From positions 113,238-177,237 of the forward strand of contig NW_005434559.1 of the NCBI RefSeq assembly GCF_000315625.1: a stretch of DNA of 64,000 bases. Direction: 5' to 3'. Below the pieces are notes generated by a model that saw only the letters and a program-made list of their open reading frames with translations, did not search any database and had not been told where the DNA came from. Origin of the DNA: Guillardia theta CCMP2712 (lineage: Eukaryota; Protista; Cryptophyta). Both the position numbers and the translations under genes were made by a program. Below are positions 35,666 through 46,824 of the stretch, piece after piece (position 1 is the stretch's first letter; every line of letters starts with the position of its first letter).

Positions 35666-36989
35666 GTCATCATCATCATCATCTCCACCATCATCATTAT
35701 CATCATTATCATCATCATCATCATCATCACATTAAAGTTGATACTCTCCTCAGAGTGAAGAGAAGATCGATCTTGGGGTAAAGCTCGCACCCCTCGGGAG
35801 GACTGACCTGGAAGAGCTCGTACGATGTCTCCCTCTCATCCTCTTTCTGCTGAACTTGATTCCTTCACAGGTTGTGCAGCTGGTGTACAAGTACGACGGG
35901 AAAACAGGTGACCAAGAAACTTTTGCTTTTGCAACTCAACTCACTGGATCATCAGACATCGGAGACGAGGTTTTAGAATTTGCACGCAGGTGCTTGCTTA
36001 CACCGTTGTGACATGTCCGCATGCTCTGTACTGATCGAGATCATCCGAACAGGCCCTTCGAAGTCGAAACTCTGCAGCAAGAGGTACAACGGAACGACCG
36101 TCCCCTGCTCTCCTCCCCCACCTCGTCAAGCTCGAACGTCTCCCCTCCCCTCCTGCCCATCTCCTCCACCTCTGAACCATCTCAGCGAGTCTTGTCGTCT
36201 GATTGTCTCTTCTTGTACGCTTCAACTCACTGCTCTCACCATCAGATCCAAGGTCTTACCATGGCGAAATGTTTGCCGAGAGTGTACAAGCAAGAGATGT
36301 CCAAGTTTGCAGATAAAGTCAGTCTGCAGAGCAACTCGACGTTTCTCACTCTTCCTCGAAGGCTCTCAAGTACGCGGAGGCTGGAGACAAGACCAATGCA
36401 CTCAAGATCGCCGATGTCCTCACCAAGTCAACCGCGGTCTTGGCAGCATGCGCGCGTTGTTGAGTATCTGACTTAGAGCAGTCGCTGTACCCTGATGAGC
36501 CCGGAGAGCACATTCCCTCGCTGGTGAGAGCCGAGTACTTGCAACGATGATGATGATGATCATGATGATGGACATGATGATGATAAGCTGATTATGAGTT
36601 TTCGATGATATGAGGACGGTGACGGTGTTGGGCAGTGGGTGCTGATTGAGAGAGTGTGGGAGGAGGTGGTTCTACTTACAGAGAGCTCAACGGAGAGGAA
36701 GAAGGTGAGCAAGTGAGAGCGAGGGAGAGATTGAGGTGCTTGCAGATCGAGAGCTTCTTGCAGCAGCAGCAGCAGCAGCTCTCAGCTTCATACGGTCTTA
36801 TTCTTGCTTCTCTTCTCAGAGACTGACAGGGTCCCAGGCCCTCTGTTCAGTGACGCCTTGCGACGTCTGCAACGTCTGGAACGAAGCTCGGAAAAAGACG
36901 TTATGAGCGATCACAACTCGTTCTTCAAGAGATCCAAGATAGGCAAGTCACAGTCCAAGGCAAACAAGTCCAAGAAGAAGAAATCCTAG
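34591..36989 (+). CDS. Multi-exon hypothetical protein with signal peptide and Cys-rich N-terminal domain
   Basis: LRILCILFLLADLS leader; YPCGTL..HCFPP..HHVCCVDI; SYSW|CTCSVDICEGQLGGK; later charged helical exons. No confident family; 3' end uncertain. Confidence 0.5.
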
Positions 36990-37164
36990 TGACTTCAACG
37001 TGATTTGATGCAGAAGTAGAACCAAAACCACTTCGCCTTCTCTTCTTATCCTTCCTTTACTCTCATACAACGACGGTCGCTCTAGTTCTATCATCTCATC
37101 GCAGAACAGCAGTCCTGTACGCAACCCCCGGCCTCGCTGTGCTCCCATCACTGTACTGGTTGAT

Positions 37165-37280
37165 CGTTGCTCCTGCTCATCGTCCACAAGTCCTCGTTGC
37201 TCCTGCTCATCGTCCACAAGTCCTCGTTGCTCCTGCTCATCGTCCACAAGTCCTCGTTGCTCCTGCTCATCGTCCACAAG
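37165..37280. repeat. 30-bp minisatellite, ~4 copies (cgttgctcctgctcatcgtccacaagtcct)
   Basis: Direct read. Confidence 0.9.
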
Positions 37281-37618
37281 TCCTCGTTGCCCCTGTTCAT
37301 CGCCCTTCCCTCTCCCCCCCGCCCCCCGCTGCCTCCTCCGACCGACCACGTAAAAATCTTTTCCCTCCCCGGTAGTTTGTGACTACCAGCAGGTGGAGGG
37401 TCAAGGGCAATAGGAATAGTCGCAGGACAAGGCCGAGGGAGGGCAAGGGAGGAGGGGGAGGCAGTGAAGGCGCGGGGAAGGGGAAGAGGAGAGTTGGTGA
37501 GGAGACCGAAGGGAGAAGGGAGGAGGAGATGGGGAGGAGGAGGGCAAGAGAGGAGGTTTGTTGAAGTGTAGGATGCGAGCAGGACTAGGTCCCTCGAGAC
37601 TGATTCTTTGCTCCAGAT

Positions 37619-40600
37619 ATGTCCGAAGCTCTTCGCTCCCGCGCGAGCTCTGCTTCCCATCGTGTTGCTGATGGAGGGTCGGAGGACGGGGCAGGGGTGT
37701 GGAACGGAGAGGAACCGCAGGAGGGCGAAAAGAAGATACAAGATGGGTTCGACGTGAAGCGATTCCGAAATGGAAAATACTCCGGAGAATTCAAAGATGG
37801 AAAGATGCACGGGCTTGGAAGGTCAGTGAATGTCTTCTTGCTGAGACTGAGGAGTATGAGAATGAGGAGGAAAGAAGTTGTTGGTCTTTGAGATAACGAA
37901 GATGATAGTGATAGTGATGCTTCTGAGGATGGAGATGGAGATGGAGATAAGGAAATGAGATTGTTTTCAGATTTATCTTCAACAATGGAGATGTGTACGA
38001 CGGGTACTGGGAGTGCAATGTCATGCAAGGAAGGTCAGCCTCCTGATTGTCTCAGTTTCTCTCGTGAACTCGATGAAAGAGGAAAGTACAAGTACGCTGA
38101 TGGGGGTGTGCTGGAAACAACGTTTGTCTTCGGTTGTCATCCATTCTAACTGAGAATGTCCTGACGCTGAAGCAGGAAGACGACATGGAGATGGAGTCTA
38201 CTATTCAAGAACAGGAGATTCTTACCTCGTGAAGTATCAGAATGGTTGTCATGAAAGATTGCAAGTGATGTTGAGCATCTGAATGTCGTGGTAGATGAAG
38301 AAGAGAATCCAATCCAAATCCCCGACGATACAACACAAGAACCCAAGACAATGGCGTCAGCGACACAAGTCATTTTCATCTTCTTTGTGTGGATCGGCTC
38401 TAACAATCGTCAAGGATGCTATCGCCCATCTCCCACATCAACAAGCGGACAAACAGACAAGTCAAAGAGAACGCAGTAGATCGTCTACAAATGTGTTGAA
38501 ATTTCTCCTTCTCGTCTGCAAACTAAAAGATGTTCAGGTCTCCTTTGCCCCAACTCTCAGTCGAGCACAAGAAAATTCATCTCTGAGCGGACAAGAGAAG
38601 GTGAGCGTTGCTCATGCATATGAAACCGATGTCTTTATGTGCTTTTATAGGAGCCAATACAGCCAACACACAAGTATCAACTACAACAACAACAAGTGCA
38701 GGACCATCAACAAGAAGAAGCACCACAAATACAACAAATACAAAATCTACAACAAAATCTACAACAAAATCTACCACAAGAACAAATGCAAGAACAAGAA
38801 GACGAAGAACCAAAACCACACCTCAGAGAAGAATATGGACATGATGAAGAAGCGGGGCACAAAGCGAAATTGTTAATTTGCGATTTTGACTACCTGCCTT
38901 CGACTCCTCCGAGCACAGCTTTCTTCTGCATATTCAGTATCCCCCAACTGGCAGGCAAGAAACGTTGAGGAGAGAGCAGGGGTGAAGGTTTGGTGCAGAC
39001 ATGTACGCTGATGCTGATCGTCAAGCGAGCATTGAAGACAAACTCGTAAGAGGTGACGTCACCAGCGGGAGCACCGGAGGGTCTGACAGACATGCAGAGC
39101 TGTCGCACGTGATGGGCTGCAACTTCGAGGAGCTGAGAATCCTCGAAATGGGTAACACCTGACGTGACTCCTGGCCTCGCTGACGAGTTGACGTCCAGCT
39201 GACGTCCAATACGACGAATACTTGAGGAATCCTGGAAACCCTTTCCCAGCTGACGTTGAGCTGTCTCCCAAAGGTGAGAAGAGATTGTATCTCACGTGGA
39301 GGGAATGTTTGACTCGATGGCTCAGATTCCGTCGTTCACCTGGAGATCAGGTTGGTTGCGATGAGCGTGAAGATGCTTTCTTGTACAGCCCTTGACATTG
39401 TTTTGCCAGCATTGTCCGACTTTTCTGCTCGAACCAGCAGATCAAGTCGATGCAAGAATCTCACCTCCGGAAGCTGATTCACTTCCTCGACAACAAGAGA
39501 AGTTTCTCGTTGGACACCAGCACCCGATACCTTCGACACCTCAAGTTTGTCGCCGTGGAGCAACAGGTGGTGCAGGCCAAGGAGGAGGGTGAGGCCAAGG
39601 AGATCAGATCGCTGCAGCTGCAGCAGCAAGCTCACATGAAGCTCCTCTGGTCTCAGGCCTCCTTGAGAACTCACGGCCGACCCTCCGTGAAACATCCGTC
39701 GTCTCGTCTCGCTCAAGAGGCGGTGCAGCCACAGAACGCGGAGGAGATGAAGTGGGTGGTGGCGAAGCGTGCGGGGCTGAGCTTCTACCTCAAGACTCTC
39801 TTGGTCAGCAAGTACGACCGTTGCATCCTGCTGGAAAACCTGCGAGCTGACGAGCGAGAGGTGGAGGTCCAAGTCCCGAAGAGCGCTATCCTCTCTCAGA
39901 GAGTGATCTGCCTGAGATCGGAGCAAGCAGGGCTGCAGAGAAAGTCCATCCCCTTCACGAGCCTCAAGGAACTGAAAGAGGATGAAGAGAAGCTGACCAA
40001 GCTGACGATCAGGCTGGCGGGATGGAAGAAAGACAAGGAGATCTACTTCGAGAATACTTCCAGCAAGAAAGAGTTTGTGGATGCCGTGATGACCTCATGG
40101 AAACCTGAGAGGAACGACCTGGACAGCATGATCCTGACAGACTCTGATCCCAACGGATCTTTCATCACTGCCGTCTCCTTCCACCCTCCCACCCAGACCT
40201 CCATGCAGCACATCATGGCGCACGTTCAGAAGACGGGGAAACCACCTTGGGAGTTCGACGGGTGAGCTGAGAATCGAGCTGGAGGGGTTGTGACGGGGCG
40301 AGCTTAACAGGAAAGGGCATCCGAAACCATTCGACAAGAAGATGTTTGTAGGAGCTGTTCCCATCAAGATGAGGTCTGCAGAAACCAGAAGCAACTCGGC
40401 AATCCCAGAGAACGCGAGGAGTCCTTCCCTGGGTAACTATCAACTGACGTACATGAAGAACGAGCCCAAGCTGCTCAAGAGCTTCTACGGGGTGACGGAG
40501 CAAGACCTGGTGGAGGATGACGATGTGACCGTCCACGACGGGACCATGTCGATCGCTCGATCTGCCACCATCGCGAGCTCGAGGAAGCACGACGCTTCAA

Positions 40601-42135
40601 GAACCATCCTTCCTCACTCACCAACGTGACTGCAGCTGCTCTTGTTCTGCTGCCTGCTGCTGTGACGCGTGCATGCTCAGGTTGGCCTCCCGTGAGCTTG
40701 AGCAGGGCGGCGACGCCTCCTTGAACAAGAGCTACTCTTTCGCCCCATGGGAGCACATCGTGGCTTATCGGATGATGAAGAAGATCGAAGCAGACCGGCA
40801 GCTCAAGACGGACGAGGTCAACAAGGCTGTGGAAGGAAAGTTTGCAGAGAGGCTGTTGCTGCAGTCGGTGAACAAGAAGCTGGCTGACGAAAGGGTGAGG
40901 ACGACTCTCAAGGGAGAGGGAGAGCAGGCGGGGGGTAGCTCATACTTCACTACAGGAGAAGAAGGAGAAGAGATCTAGGTTCTACCACCAGAAGGTGATC
41001 AAACACGGGGTTATCCCGACCAAGGCTGTTCTGGCCGAAATCGCTCAAGAGATGAAGTACTACGACGAGAAGGAGCGATACGACAGGCTGATGGTCATCC
41101 AGGGGTACGAGTCAGACGTGCAGGTGACAACCAGCGCTCCTTCTCGACCTCGGGCCCTCACGAGCTTGTAGATTGCCTTCCCCGTTGGTATGCCCCTGTC
41201 CTTCGACGAGGTCAAGGGTGAGACCTCAATCGTAGCTGAGCAGCTGCTGGGATCGACAGGCTCACTTGCGGTCCTTGGCAGATTTCGTCGCTATGAACAA
41301 GACTGCTAAGATCAAGAACTACTTCTCGCTCGCTGGGGCTCAAGAGGAGGAGCATCACGTCCCCGTCAAGCAGGCAACTGCCAGGACAGCCTCGATGCAA
41401 GACAAGCAGCACGTGCTGGAGCTGCTGGAAGATGGAAACAAAGTCCTCCTGGTGATCTCCTGGTGATCGTTGTAGCGGCTGACTGGTTCCTGTCAGATGT
41501 TCAACGCCGAGCGCGAGTTTTTCACTGGCCGTCTTGTCAAATTTTGGTATCTTGACATGATAGGTAAGAGAGTGGGGACAGGAGGCAAGTTCGACCAAGC
41601 ACACGTAAGAGCTCAAACTTTTGTTCGGCGATTTGAACTTGGCGCAGAGGTGGAAGTTCATTTACAACGAGGAAGTCATTTACATGCAGCAGAAGGGTCC
41701 AGGAATGACCATCCAGGTACCTGCCGTTGATGCTGCATTGTACAATCTGGTTGCATCGTATCCAAACTTCCATCTACCCTGGAACTCTCCTACACTCTGC
41801 TCTCATCCCTGCTCTCCTCTCACCCTGAACCTCTCTGCCCCCTTCTTCTCTGTCCTCTTCTTCCTGCTCCCCCATCTCCCACTCTCCTCTCTTTGAACTT
41901 GAAGATGCAGTTCCACGGACTCTCCTCCCGTCTCAGCTTTCACGTGGAGCAAACTCTGTCAAGCATGTACTTCATGCAGGACGGCAAGCACGTGGCGTCA
42001 GCATCGCACGAAGGTCCTAAATGGGTCATCTCAAGGGTAGAAGAGCTTGAGGTGTCTGCTGTGTTCTTCCACGCTGCCGCTGTTGTTGCTCTTGATTTCG
42101 CAAGCTCGAAGAAAAAGATGATTCCGTTCCTGTAG
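37619..42135 (+). CDS. MORN-repeat protein with a long uncharacterised C-terminal region (may be two genes)
   Basis: KYSGEFKDGKMHGLG|RFIFNNGDVYDGYWECNVMQG|RGKYKYADGG..GRRHGDGVY MORN repeats; coding-like exons at 39450-40265, 40342-40600, 40680-41150 and 41280-42135. Confidence 0.6.
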
Positions 42136-42260
42136 ATCGAGCTCTCCCTTGCTCCCCTCCCCCCCTCCTCCCTTTCCTACCCTCTCTCTCTCTCGCTGTT
42201 GTACAATAAACTCTACTAGTAAACGAACAATCGGATGCGAGCTGGAGCAAGGAGGAAAGG

Positions 42261-43118
42261 TCACACATGGCGTGTATAGAACCCCCAGTTGATGGTGAAA
42301 CTTCTTCCCGCTGTGCTCACACGATGAATCCATCCCGCAGGAAGGTACAGGATATCTCCTGGTTCTAACAGCACACGCCTCGCTTCCTCCGTAGCAATCT
42401 GCGCTGGATCGATCCAACCTGACATGCCCCCTGAGAGATCAGGGCGAGGAGGGAGCAGGTCGAACTGCTTGAGAGAATTCTTCTCGTCCCCTCCAAACAC
42501 GTTGAGAACCACTTGATCGAACCCGTCCGAGTGCCACTCAGCTACGTTCCGGTGGGGCGCCTGCATCAATGACATGTAGCAACGAGTCTTGAAGTAATCC
42601 TCCTCTCGCATGCAGGGTAAGGGGCAATGGCTCATGGCCCCGTCTTGGCAGAAGTCAACAAGATGGTCGCCTCTTCCGTTGCTGCGGTCCGTAGAGCTAG
42701 TCTCAAGGTACCCAAACTCCCCCTGTCCACATCGCTGGCTGAAGTCACTGAACCCCATCCGCAGAACAGACGTGTCAGACGTGAAGACACGAAACTGGGG
42801 CCGGCAGGATGGGCTGAGCTGCTTCTCCTTCTCCTCGAGGGATCGTATGTACTCTGAGACCTTGTCCCCTGTCATGCTGCGATCAGGACAGATTCTTCTC
42901 AAGTGAATGGGTTGGTCCCCATGGAGAGAAATTTCTTGCTCAGCCATTTCCATGGACAATCCCTTGAGGACCTTAATCCTGGGAGTGGTATCTTCTCCCT
43001 TTCGTCCATCGTCTCGTACGTGATCAAGTTTCCTCTGCTTCTTACAGGATGTGGGAACATTCTCGGATGAATCTTCCCTTGTCCCCTGACATTTTCGGCT
43101 TTCCTGTGCGGTTTCCAT
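42261..43118 (-). CDS. JmjC/cupin-8-like 2OG-Fe(II) oxygenase
   Basis: EWHSDGFDQVVLNVFGG..KQFDLLPP..LEPGDILYLPAGWIHRVST (HxD...H triad); start uncertain. Confidence 0.85.
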   Translation of the reverse strand: METAQESRKCQGTREDSSENVPTSCKKQRKLDHVRDDGRKGEDTTPRIKVLKGLSMEMAEQEISLHGDQPIHLRRICPDRSMTGDKVSEYIRSLEEKEKQLSPSCRPQFRVFTSDTSVLRMGFSDFSQRCGQGEFGYLETSSTDRSNGRGDHLVDFCQDGAMSHCPLPCMREEDYFKTRCYMSLMQAPHRNVAEWHSDGFDQVVLNVFGGDEKNSLKQFDLLPPRPDLSGGMSGWIDPAQIATEEARRVLLEPGDILYLPAGWIHRVSTAGRSFTINWGFYTRHV

Positions 43119-43349
43119 ATTTTCTCCTGTTACTTGTCCCACGTGAAAGTTATGCTCATGATCTTTCCAACTCGTTCCTCAGATCACAAGTACACCGAGA
43201 GTCACGGAGTTGTTCATCAACTGCTTTCCAACGATGGACAGGACGGGAACATCACTTCATCCAAGTAGATTCGCCGCAAGATTCCATCTCCTCTCTACCT
43301 CCTCGTCCCTCCCTCCTCCCGCTCGTCGTTGAATTCCAACATGGAAAGG

Positions 43350-43970
43350 ACTCCCCGACGATTTTAAAACATAGTACAGGTCCAAAATTACTCAAATATT
43401 AGGAACACCGTACAATATGTGAACAGTGGGGGTAATTTTGAAATCTTATAAACATATTAAAGTTTTACTGGTACAAAGTAGTTAAATTTCAAATTATATA
43501 CAACTACTTGTTAAAAAGGGCGGGAGAGCTTCCGGCCATTCGACCACCCCACCTCATTCCCGTAAATTGGACGGACCCCAGGAATTTACCATCAAGACAG
43601 CACATGGTCCAAAAGTACCGGTCCTTTTAAATTGATTTCAAGGAATTCAAGGGGGGTGAGGGTCAGTACCCCACTGCCAGAAAGCCACATTCCTCTATAC
43701 CTCGAGCTTACATCCCCGAAAACAAGTACCCCCCTATTTCCCTGGTAAAAGTACCCCTGTGTAAAAACTTATCCACCCTACCCCCTCAAAACTCCACGGA
43801 CAATCACAGACCAATGCTGACATGGACCCCTTCGCCCAAATTACAGTACCCTACCCGGCTATCTTACCATGGAAACACCGAATGTACCCCTATCCCTTAC
43901 CATCACTACCGGTCATTACAGTACCCACCGACACTCTGACTACCCCCGCCCGAATCGTCGCACCCCACCT
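43350..43970. promoter_or_regulatory. Divergent intergenic island with GTAC(CC) cluster
   Basis: AT block then ACCCC tract; 10 GTAC counted in 43374-43924. Confidence 0.5.
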
Positions 43971-44652
43971 CTCCTGCTCTGGATCGTTCTATCGGCGCCC
44001 TCTATGCACAAGTAGCCCCTATCCTCCGTTCCTTCCATCCGCCTCCTCCGCTGACTCTTGCCCTTCCTTCTCCCTGTCTCTCCCCCTGCCTCCCTCTTCC
44101 TGCCTCGTCCTCCTACTCCTTCTCGTCCACCTGATCCCTCCCATCTCTCACCCTTGTCTCTCCCTTCTCTGAATGTGTGTCAACTCCTCTCCTCGGAACT
44201 CCCTTCTCTCCCTCCCTCCTCTCTCTCTCCCCCTCCTCCCCCAGCTCTCCCTCTACATCGATACCTCAATGCCTCTTCAGATCTCCCTTTCTCGTGTAAT
44301 TCCTCGTCCTCCTCCCCACCCGCCCGGCTCCGCCTATCGCTCCTCCTATCTTGTTTTCTCGCTTCCAATATCTTCCTCTCAGCACGAGTTGTATTCCAAG
44401 TGATGCCCGTGTCTTGCATTGCATATGGATCTCAGCCATCATCGTGATGAACGCTCTCCCATTTCGACGCTGGTGGTCAGGAGAATGAAGCTGATTGGTT
44501 TCTTCACAGTTGAACCATTAACATTCTCAAGTTCGGGAGAGGGCTCGTAAACAGGAGGCGCTGTCATACTGTGATCATCCGGTTTTTTTCGGGGTGAGCC
44601 CTTTCCTGCTACTGCACGTGCGGCTCCTCACTCACGTCACGCCAGCAAGGCG

Positions 44653-46534
44653 ATGCAGTACGACTACGACTTGCTCGTCATCGGTGGAGGATCGGGTAGG
44701 GGAACCGGCCGGTCATGTTAAGAACGACTCACCTCCTGTGGCAGGAGGTCTAGCCGCTTCCAAAGAAGCTGCTGCTCTCGGTGCCAAGGTCGCGGTTTGC
44801 GATTATGTCACACCGAGTCCCAAGGGTACAGATCTAGCTGCTCCCCTCTTGTTGCCTTGGCCTTCGTGACTTCGCCCTCCCCCTTTCGCCGTCCCCTGTG
44901 AAGTTTCGCTGTGGTTGACTCATGTGCAGGAACAACTTGGGGGCTTGGAGGAACATGCGTGAATGTAGGATGCATTCCGAAGAAGTTGATGCATCAGGCT
45001 TGCCTACTGGGTCTAGCGGTTGAAGACGCGAAATCGTTCGGTTGGAAGCTGCCGGACGAGAAGACTCACGACTGGGAGACGATGGTGAACAATGTGCAAG
45101 ACTACATCAGCGGCCTGAACTTCCGCTACCGAACGGAGTTGCGCACGAAGAAAGTTGACTACCTGAATGCCTTGGCGGTTTTTGTCGACGAGCACACCGT
45201 TGAGCTGACAGACAGGAAGGGAAACGTCTCGAGGAAAACAGCTGAAAACTTCATTGTGGCTACAGGCGGAAGGCCCAAGTACCTTGGCATCCCAAATGAG
45301 ATGGAGCTCTGCATAACATCCGACGACCTGTTCTCCCTGTCTTCGCCACCAGGGAAGACTCTGGTTGTGGGAGCTTCCTATGTTGCCTTGGAATGTGCCG
45401 GTTTCTTGAGAGGCCTCAACTACGACACCACCGTAATGATGCGCTCGATTCCTCTTCGTGGGTTCGATCAGCAGTGTGCCGAGATGATCTGCTCCTACAT
45501 GGAGGAGGAAGGGACCAAGTTCATCCGTGGGTGCATTCCAGCCAAGATAGAAAAAGCCGAATCTGGGAAGATCAAGGTTTTCTGGAAGCCAACCAACGGC
45601 GGTGATACCATGGAATCTGACGAGTACGACACCGTCATGCTTGCGATCGGGAGGTATGCGCTCACCGAGCAGTGCGGAGTGCAGAACGCAGGAATCAAGA
45701 CGGACCCGTCATCCAAGAAGATCATCGGGACAGGCACGGGCGTCGGTTTGACCGAGCAGAGCAACGTTGACCATATCTATGCTATCGGCGACGTTCTTCA
45801 TGGATACCCTGAGCTCACACCCGTGGCAATCCAAGCTGGTATCCTTCTTGCACGCAGAATTTTCGGAGCGAGCAGCAAGGCGATGGACTACGAGAAGGTT
45901 CCGACAGCCGTCTTCACCCCTGTCGAGTACGGATGCGTCGGTCTGAGCGAGGAGGACGCGATCGCCCGACATGGTGAGGAGAACATCGAAGTTTATCATC
46001 AGAGCTTCAAGGTCAAATCTCAATGTCTCGCTCCCCTGCCCTGAGATTCTCTCGCAGCCGCTTGAGCTGACTGTCCCGGGACGAGGAGACAACGCAGGAT
46101 ACCTCAAGGTCACTGCTCCTTTCCCTCTCAATGGGGAGCTGCTGATGCGCCTGTGTTGGTCAGGTGATTGTGGATAAGAAGGACAACGAGAGGGTCCTGG
46201 GGATGCACTACCTCGGGTGGGGTGCAGGAGAGATCATGCAAGGATTCGCCATCGCTCTGAAGCTAAGAGCCACCAAGGTGACGCTGTTGCCCAGCACTTG
46301 CCCCAGCTGAGTCGGACATGCAGGAGGACCTGGATGAACTCGTTGGCATCCATCCGACAAGGTCAGTCAGCACTCGTGGGCTGGGCCGAGCCTAGCTGAC
46401 TCTCTGGCAGTGCGGAGCTGTTCACGACACTCAAAGTGACTAAGAGCTCCGGTCTTGACTTTCGTCAGGTTCAGTTTGTGACAGTCGCGATGGTTTCGCC
46501 TTGACCCCTGACGCAGGCCGGTTGCTGAGGTTAA
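44653..46534 (+). CDS. TXNRD: High-Mr (animal-type) thioredoxin reductase, selenoprotein with C-terminal Gly-Cys-Sec-Gly
   Basis: YDYDLLVIGGGSG|GLA, GGTCVNVGCIPKK, GASYVALECAG, ELTPVAIQAG, GIHPT; the last intron (46469-46516) joins TKSSGLDFRQ to GCC GGT TGC TGA GGT TAA (A-G-C-U-G-stop; UGA at 46526-28). Confidence 0.95.
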
Positions 46535-46535
46535 G

Positions 46536-46611
46536 CTGCTGCCAGACTCGATCTCTTAGGAGACGCTGCTGGAGATAAGCAAGGCGTCTCCTGGGAGAGG
46601 TTTGGCAGCAG
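46536..46611 (+). promoter_or_regulatory. Long RNA hairpin 7 nt downstream of the Sec UGA (SRE-like)
   Basis: 13 bp + 15 bp + 4 bp stems, 7-nt loop, four G-U pairs on the + strand. Confidence 0.7.
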
Positions 46612-46708
46612 GACGAGGAGGCAGAGGCCCACCTGCTGTGCGCGATTCTTGTCGCATTCCGGCGGGTTTGATCACCTCCCCGAAGCCCAAGGGTTTGCAT
46701 GCAGAGCA

Positions 46709-46767
46709 GCATGCAGCTATGAAGGACAAGCTTCAAACGCTACGCGCAAGCTTGACCCGAGACATGC
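46709..46767 (+). promoter_or_regulatory. Type II SECIS element
   Basis: gcatg..ATGA(46719) + 12 nt + AAA(46735) + mini-stem cgc-tac-gcg + helix ggacaagctt/aagcttgacc + GA(46759) ..catgc. Confidence 0.9.
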
Positions 46768-46824
46768 CCATCACTTTGACTACGTTTTTATAATGTAACG
46801 GTTCATTGCCCACACCCCCAGCCC

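Noticed and set aside
44447-44652. Possible in-frame N-terminal extension of TrxR (R-rich, presequence-like) with a second Cys-UGA
   Set aside because: Needs a 34-37 nt intron, shorter than others here; more simply 5' UTR exons. A non-AUG extension cannot be supported from sequence alone
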